From an uncultured Saprospiraceae bacterium (lineage in GTDB: Bacteria > Bacteroidota > Bacteroidia > Chitinophagales > Saprospiraceae), in the NCBI GenBank assembly GCA_964504335.1, contig CAZDET010000038.1:8930-48279 (forward strand): 39,350 nt of DNA, written 5' to 3'. The translations under genes and the position numbers were made by a program. Positions 35,335-39,350 of this stretch are shown one piece after another (positions within the stretch are counted from its first letter, which is position 1; each line of letters begins with the position of its first letter). Below the pieces are notes generated by a model, which made no database searches, was not told the origin of the DNA, and was given only the letters and a program-made list of their open reading frames with translations.

Positions 35335-36945
35335 TTAGTCATCCGCTCCGTTTGGTTCGGCTTCGGGGAGCCGCTTGGCAAGTTCTTCCGCGCTCACCTG
35401 CGTCTCGCCGAGGTACTGCGGTAAGTTCATCCCTGCCATATCGAACAGATCGCGCAGCGGCGGGATGCTCTTGTAGAGCCCGGAAACGAACTGGGCGGTG
35501 GAATTGCCCTCACCCGCAGCTCCGTTTCCTTTGCCACCGCCTTCCCAGACGGTCACCTTGTCGATCTTGAGGTTCTTGATGGCGTCTACCTGCGTCTTGA
35601 CCAGTTCCGGCAGCTTATCGGCGATCATCATGAGTACGGCATCTCGGCTATTGCCGCCGGCTGCTTCGACGATGCGCTGAAAACCATCTGCTTGTTTGCT
35701 GAGTATTTCGAGCATACCCTTTGCCTCGGCTTCCCGCTTGAGGAAAATGGCATCCGCTTCCCCTTTCGCCATCTGGCGAATTTGCTCGGCTTCTGCCTCT
35801 GCTTCTACGATGGCTTTGCGCTTGGCAATTTCGGCTTGCACGATGATATCTGCCTCGCGGCTGGCCATTTCGCGGGCAGCGCGGGCTTTTTCGGCCTCTT
35901 GCTCGGCCACGTAGGCTTCTTCCAGGGCCTTGGCGGCCTGGATTTTCTCCGTTGCAGTGGCCTGGCGTAGAGACTCGGCTTCGCGCTGGCGGCGCTCGGC
36001 TTCACTTTGGGCAACTTGGATCTTGGCCTCGTTTTCACCTGCAACGGCCTTGGCGTTGGCCTCGGCCACCTGGATGCGCTGTTCGCGGCGCGCCTCGGCC
36101 TCCCCGGCGGCAGCTTCGGCTTCGGCTTTTGCCTCGCGGATGCGCTGTAGGCGCATGGCTTCCGCTTCTCCGGCCTCGGCTTCGGCGTTGGCAACAGCCG
36201 TGCGGATACGCTGTACCTGTTGCGCCTCCGCTTCTCCGGATGCCGCTTCGGCTTCGGCACTGGAAACCTTGATGCGTTGCTCGCGGCGGGCTTCGGCATG
36301 GCCAATCGACCCCGTGCGCTCGCGCTCAGCAACGCGCACCTTGGCTTCGTTGATCGCCTGGGCAGCAGCTTCCTTTCCGAGGGCTTCGATGTAGCCCGAC
36401 TCATCCTGAATGTCGGTTACGTTTACGTTGATGAGTTGCAGGCCAATCTTGCGCAACTCCTGACCGACGTTCTGGCTGACGTTCGTCAGGAATTTATCCC
36501 GGTCGGAGTTGATCTCCTCAATATCCATCGTCGCCACCACCAGGCGCAACTGGCCGAAGATGATGTCTTTAGAAATATCGCGAATTTCATCCAGGCTTTT
36601 GCCCAGCAAGCGTTCGGCAGCATTCTTCATCACCCCGTCCTCGTTGGAAACCGCCACCGTAAACCGCGACGGGACGCTCACGCGAATATTTTGTTTGGAC
36701 AGGGCGTTCCGCAGGTCCACATCGATCGACATGGGCGTCAGATCGAGGTATTCGTAGGCCTGGATAACCGGCCATACGAAGGCCGCCCCTCCCGCAATAC
36801 AGCGAGCAGAGCCCTCTCCGGTTTTTCCGTAAATGACGAGAATTTTATCGGACGGACAGCGCTTATATCGACTAATGAAAAACATGAGGAGCATGAAAGC
36901 CGTCAGGGCCACTAAGCTCCAAATAACTAACGTTACTGGTTCCAT
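35335..36945 (-). CDS. flotillin/SPFH (band-7) family protein (YqiK-like) with long EA-repeat coiled coil
   Basis: 536 aa. N-terminal TM segment, an SPFH domain, then about 110 aa of AEAEA-type repeats and a C-terminal flotillin tail. Confidence 0.85.
   Translation of the reverse strand: MEPVTLVIWSLVALTAFMLLMFFISRYKRCPSDKILVIYGKTGEGSARCIAGGAAFVWPVIQAYEYLDLTPMSIDVDLRNALSKQNIRVSVPSRFTVAVSNEDGVMKNAAERLLGKSLDEIRDISKDIIFGQLRLVVATMDIEEINSDRDKFLTNVSQNVGQELRKIGLQLINVNVTDIQDESGYIEALGKEAAAQAINEAKVRVAERERTGSIGHAEARREQRIKVSSAEAEAASGEAEAQQVQRIRTAVANAEAEAGEAEAMRLQRIREAKAEAEAAAGEAEARREQRIQVAEANAKAVAGENEAKIQVAQSEAERRQREAESLRQATATEKIQAAKALEEAYVAEQEAEKARAAREMASREADIIVQAEIAKRKAIVEAEAEAEQIRQMAKGEADAIFLKREAEAKGMLEILSKQADGFQRIVEAAGGNSRDAVLMMIADKLPELVKTQVDAIKNLKIDKVTVWEGGGKGNGAAGEGNSTAQFVSGLYKSIPPLRDLFDMAGMNLPQYLGETQVSAEELAKRLPEAEPNGADD
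35971..36300 (-). repeat. in-frame approximately 63-66 bp tandem repeats encoding EA-rich coiled-coil units within the flotillin gene
   Basis: Periodic gcttcggcttcggc...gcgctg... pattern. Encodes about five roughly 21-22 aa units (AEAEAxGEAEAxxxQRIRxAxA). Confidence 0.5.
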
Positions 36946-36968
36946 ATTACAGGTTTTAGTTTATTGAA

Positions 36969-37553
36969 TCAGCGAATTGCTTCAACGATGAGTTGGCGCT
37001 CTGCACTCAATCCGAGCACGCGCACGCGGGTACCCGTTGGGATACCGGGTCCGTTCGTAATGGCATCTTGCTCCCGCAACGAACCGCTCACTTTCAGATG
37101 CACTTTTCCTACTCCTTTGCCCTCTTCAGGAATGCTGAGATAGACTTCTCCCTCCCCCCCGATAGCGTGTTGCATATCGACGGTGCCACTCTCTCCCATT
37201 TTAGACATTTGGAAAATCGCGTAGGCCACTAAAAAGGCCATCCCGTATCCAGCCAGAGCCCCAATCAGAGCTGCCACCCACCAGATCGCTCCCGCTTCTA
37301 TGGCAGCGATAGCTACCCAACTGAAAAAGGTCGTGAATACCAACAGGGCCCGCAGGGAAAGGATACTGAACTCAAAGCCCCCATCTTCCGGTATTTCCAG
37401 GTCGGTTTCGACATCGGTCTCCGCATCGATCCCCATCATACTCAGCAACACCTGAATGAGGAATAAAGGCGTCGCAATGAGGGCGATACTCCAAAATATT
37501 TGCTCCGTACCGGTCAGGCTACTCCACCAAATTTCAAAGCTAAAGAGCAGCAT
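36969..37553 (-). CDS. NfeD-like/YqiJ-like membrane protein (flotillin partner)
   Basis: 194 aa with three TM helices, then a C-terminal beta-rich, OB-like segment. Sits immediately upstream of the flotillin gene (23-bp gap), as in yqiJ-yqiK pairs. Confidence 0.6.
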   Translation of the reverse strand: MLLFSFEIWWSSLTGTEQIFWSIALIATPLFLIQVLLSMMGIDAETDVETDLEIPEDGGFEFSILSLRALLVFTTFFSWVAIAAIEAGAIWWVAALIGALAGYGMAFLVAYAIFQMSKMGESGTVDMQHAIGGEGEVYLSIPEEGKGVGKVHLKVSGSLREQDAITNGPGIPTGTRVRVLGLSAERQLIVEAIR

Positions 37554-37644
37554 ACGTCAATGGGTTGTTGGATAGCTAATATGGGTAATTCCGCACAAAA
37601 CTGCGCCTTTCCTCGATAAACGGAGAAGAAAAGTCGGCTAACTC

Positions 37645-39350
37645 TTACATATTCCTCCGGTACTGCCCTCCTACCTCGTAAAGCGCATGCGTGATCTGCC
37701 CGAGCGAACAGTACTTAGTCGCTTCCATGAGATCGACGAAGAGATTGTCGTTGGTGATGGCGCGTTGCTGGAGTCGTTGGAGCGTGGCAGCGGCTTGTTG
37801 TGCCCGGGCCTCGTGCAGGTTGCGCAGTGTAGTTAGTTGCTCCTGCTTTTCCTGCTCGGTAGCGCGAATCACTTCACCGGGCACAACCGTGGGGGAGCCT
37901 TCTTTGCTCAGGAAGGTATTCACCCCGACAATGGGTAGTTCGCCGGTGTGTTTCAGAGTCTCGTAGTGGAGACTTTCTTCCTGAATTTTGTTGCGTTGGT
38001 ACATGGTTTCCATTGCTCCGAGTACGCCGCCGCGCTCGGTGATTCGGTCGAATTCCGTCAATACCGCTTCTTCCACCAAATCGGTAAGCTCTTCAATGAT
38101 GAAGCTGCCCTGAAGGGGGTTTTCGTTTTTGGCCAGGCCCAGCTCGCGGTTGATGATCATCTGGATGGCCACGGCGCGGCGCACACTTTCTTCGGTGGGC
38201 GTCGTGATCGCCTCGTCGTAAGCATTGGTGTGCAGGCTGTTACAATTGTCGTAGATGGCGTACAAGGCCTGGAGGGTCGTCCGGATATCGTTAAAGCTGA
38301 TTTCCTGGGCGTGCAGCGAACGACCACTGGTTTGGATATGGTACTTCAGCTTTTGAGACCGGTCGTTGGCTCCGTACTTGTCGCGCATAGACTTGGACCA
38401 AATCCGCCGTGCTACGCGCCCGATGACCGCGTATTCGGGGTCGATGCCATTGGAGAAGAAGAACGACAGGTTAGCGGCAAAATCATCGATGCGCATGCCC
38501 CGGCTGAGGTAATATTCCACGAAGGTGAAACCGTTGGCCAGGGTAAAGGCCAGTTGAGTAATCGGATTGGCCCCTGCTTCGGCAATGTGATAGCCGGAAA
38601 TGGAAACGGAGTAAAAATTACGCACCCGGTGATCGATGAAGTAGGCCTGCACATCTCCCATCAGCTTAAGGGAGAACTCGGTGCTGAAGATGCAGGTATT
38701 CTGTGCCTGATCTTCCTTTAGAATATCGGCCTGTACCGTACCGCGCACCGCATTCAAGGCCTTGGCTTTCAATTCGGCATACACATCCGGCTCCAGCACC
38801 TGATCGCCGGTCACTCCCAGCAACAGCAGTCCCAGGCCGTCGTTGCCCGGCGGCAGCTCGCCGCGGTAGTGCGGGCGTTCCAGCCCCCGGTCGTCATACA
38901 GTTCTTTCAACTTTGCCTCTACTCTGCCCTCGAGCTGGTTTTCGCGAATATACAGTTCGCACTGCTGGTCGATAGCTGCATTCATGAAGAAGGCCGTAAT
39001 CGTTGCGGCGGGGCCGTTGATTGTCATCGATACCGAAGTCTTCGGGTCGCAGAGATCAAAGCCACTGTAGAGCTTTTTGGCATCGTCGAGACAGCAAATG
39101 CTGACGCCCGAATTGCCCACCTTTCCATAGATATCGGGGCGCTCGTCGGGGTCTTCGCCGTACAGGGTCACCGAATCGAAGGCCGTAGAGAGGCGCGCCG
39201 CCGGCATGTCGGAGGATAGGTAGTGGAAGCGCCGATTGGTACGCTCCGGGCCACCCTCTCCGGCGAACATCCGGGTGGGGTCTTCGCCTTTGCGTTTGAA
39301 GGGAAATACGCCGGCGGTGTAGGGGAATTCGCCCGGCACATTCTCCTGCA
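37645..39350 (-). CDS. icmF: fused isobutyryl-CoA mutase (IcmF-type acyl-CoA mutase), C-terminal substrate-binding domain; partial
   Basis: In-window part of at least 564 aa; the gene runs off the window edge. Methylmalonyl-CoA-mutase-family TIM-barrel motifs ([10 protein letters not shown], ...[14 protein letters not shown]..., ...[21 protein letters not shown]...). C-terminal ...[23 protein letters not shown] is typical of IcmF, whose B12 and MeaB-like GTPase domains lie N-terminal, beyond the window. Confidence 0.75.
   Translation of the reverse strand, partial: QENVPGEFPYTAGVFPFKRKGEDPTRMFAGEGGPERTNRRFHYLSSDMPAARLSTAFDSVTLYGEDPDERPDIYGKVGNSGVSICCLDDAKKLYSGFDLCDPKTSVSMTINGPAATITAFFMNAAIDQQCELYIRENQLEGRVEAKLKELYDDRGLERPHYRGELPPGNDGLGLLLLGVTGDQVLEPDVYAELKAKALNAVRGTVQADILKEDQAQNTCIFSTEFSLKLMGDVQAYFIDHRVRNFYSVSISGYHIAEAGANPITQLAFTLANGFTFVEYYLSRGMRIDDFAANLSFFFSNGIDPEYAVIGRVARRIWSKSMRDKYGANDRSQKLKYHIQTSGRSLHAQEISFNDIRTTLQALYAIYDNCNSLHTNAYDEAITTPTEESVRRAVAIQMIINRELGLAKNENPLQGSFIIEELTDLVEEAVLTEFDRITERGGVLGAMETMYQRNKIQEESLHYETLKHTGELPIVGVNTFLSKEGSPTVVPGEVIRATEQEKQEQLTTLRNLHEARAQQAAATLQRLQQRAITNDNLFVDLMEATKYCSLGQITHALYEVGGQYRRNM

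Noticed and set aside
1-39350. Mobile elements, prophage, rRNA/tRNA genes.
   Set aside because: No integrase/transposase/recombinase-like ORF. No tRNA-like cloverleaf termini found in intergenic regions. Composition is uniform across the window.

Overview
This 39.35-kb window is GC-rich (about 55-60 %), densely coding, and looks like core chromosome of a Bacteroidota organism. Evidence for the phylum: a T9SS type-B C-terminal sorting domain protein with SprB repeats, DUF3857/transglutaminase-like pairs, and TAnnTTTG -7 promoter motifs. I count about 30 protein-coding genes, most on the minus strand, and found no rRNA, tRNA, CRISPR array, transposase or integrase by eye. Recognisable genes: nadB, a GT4 glycosyltransferase, an M20 peptidase, a 2-oxoacid dehydrogenase E2 (sucB-like), an SdiA-regulated-like propeller, lgt, a CBM9/DUF5916 outer-membrane protein, rpsU preceded by an unknown 129-aa protein, a 1000-aa T9SS cargo, pssA-purS-rsmI, three tandem secreted amidohydrolases, a GAF/fRMsr-like protein, two tandem DUF3857 transglutaminase-like proteins, an operon of unknown 472-aa protein - M15 peptidase - thioredoxin-like protein, mnmG, an EamA transporter, a SPOR protein, an AIM24/TIGR00266 protein, a TPM(YgcG-like) protein with an inserted 4-Cys ribbon, an NfeD-like/flotillin pair, and the C-terminal half of a fused IcmF-type acyl-CoA mutase cut by the window edge. 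The most notable non-coding signals are three related palindromic elements with 8-bp periodicity (TAGAC/TAAAC units) sitting exactly at gene 3' junctions at 16980-17048, 22148-22208 and 33109-33196; a perfect 15-bp palindrome at 26277-26319; an orphan canonical plus-strand intrinsic terminator at 5202-5242 that closes a roughly 410-bp AT-rich ORF-free stretch; and a GC-rich cluster of hairpins in the nadB/glycosyltransferase divergent intergenic region. The many long antisense ORFs in the six-frame track are treated as high-GC artefacts. I see no convincing evidence of a novel multi-gene system, and all family assignments are from by-eye motif recognition, not searches.
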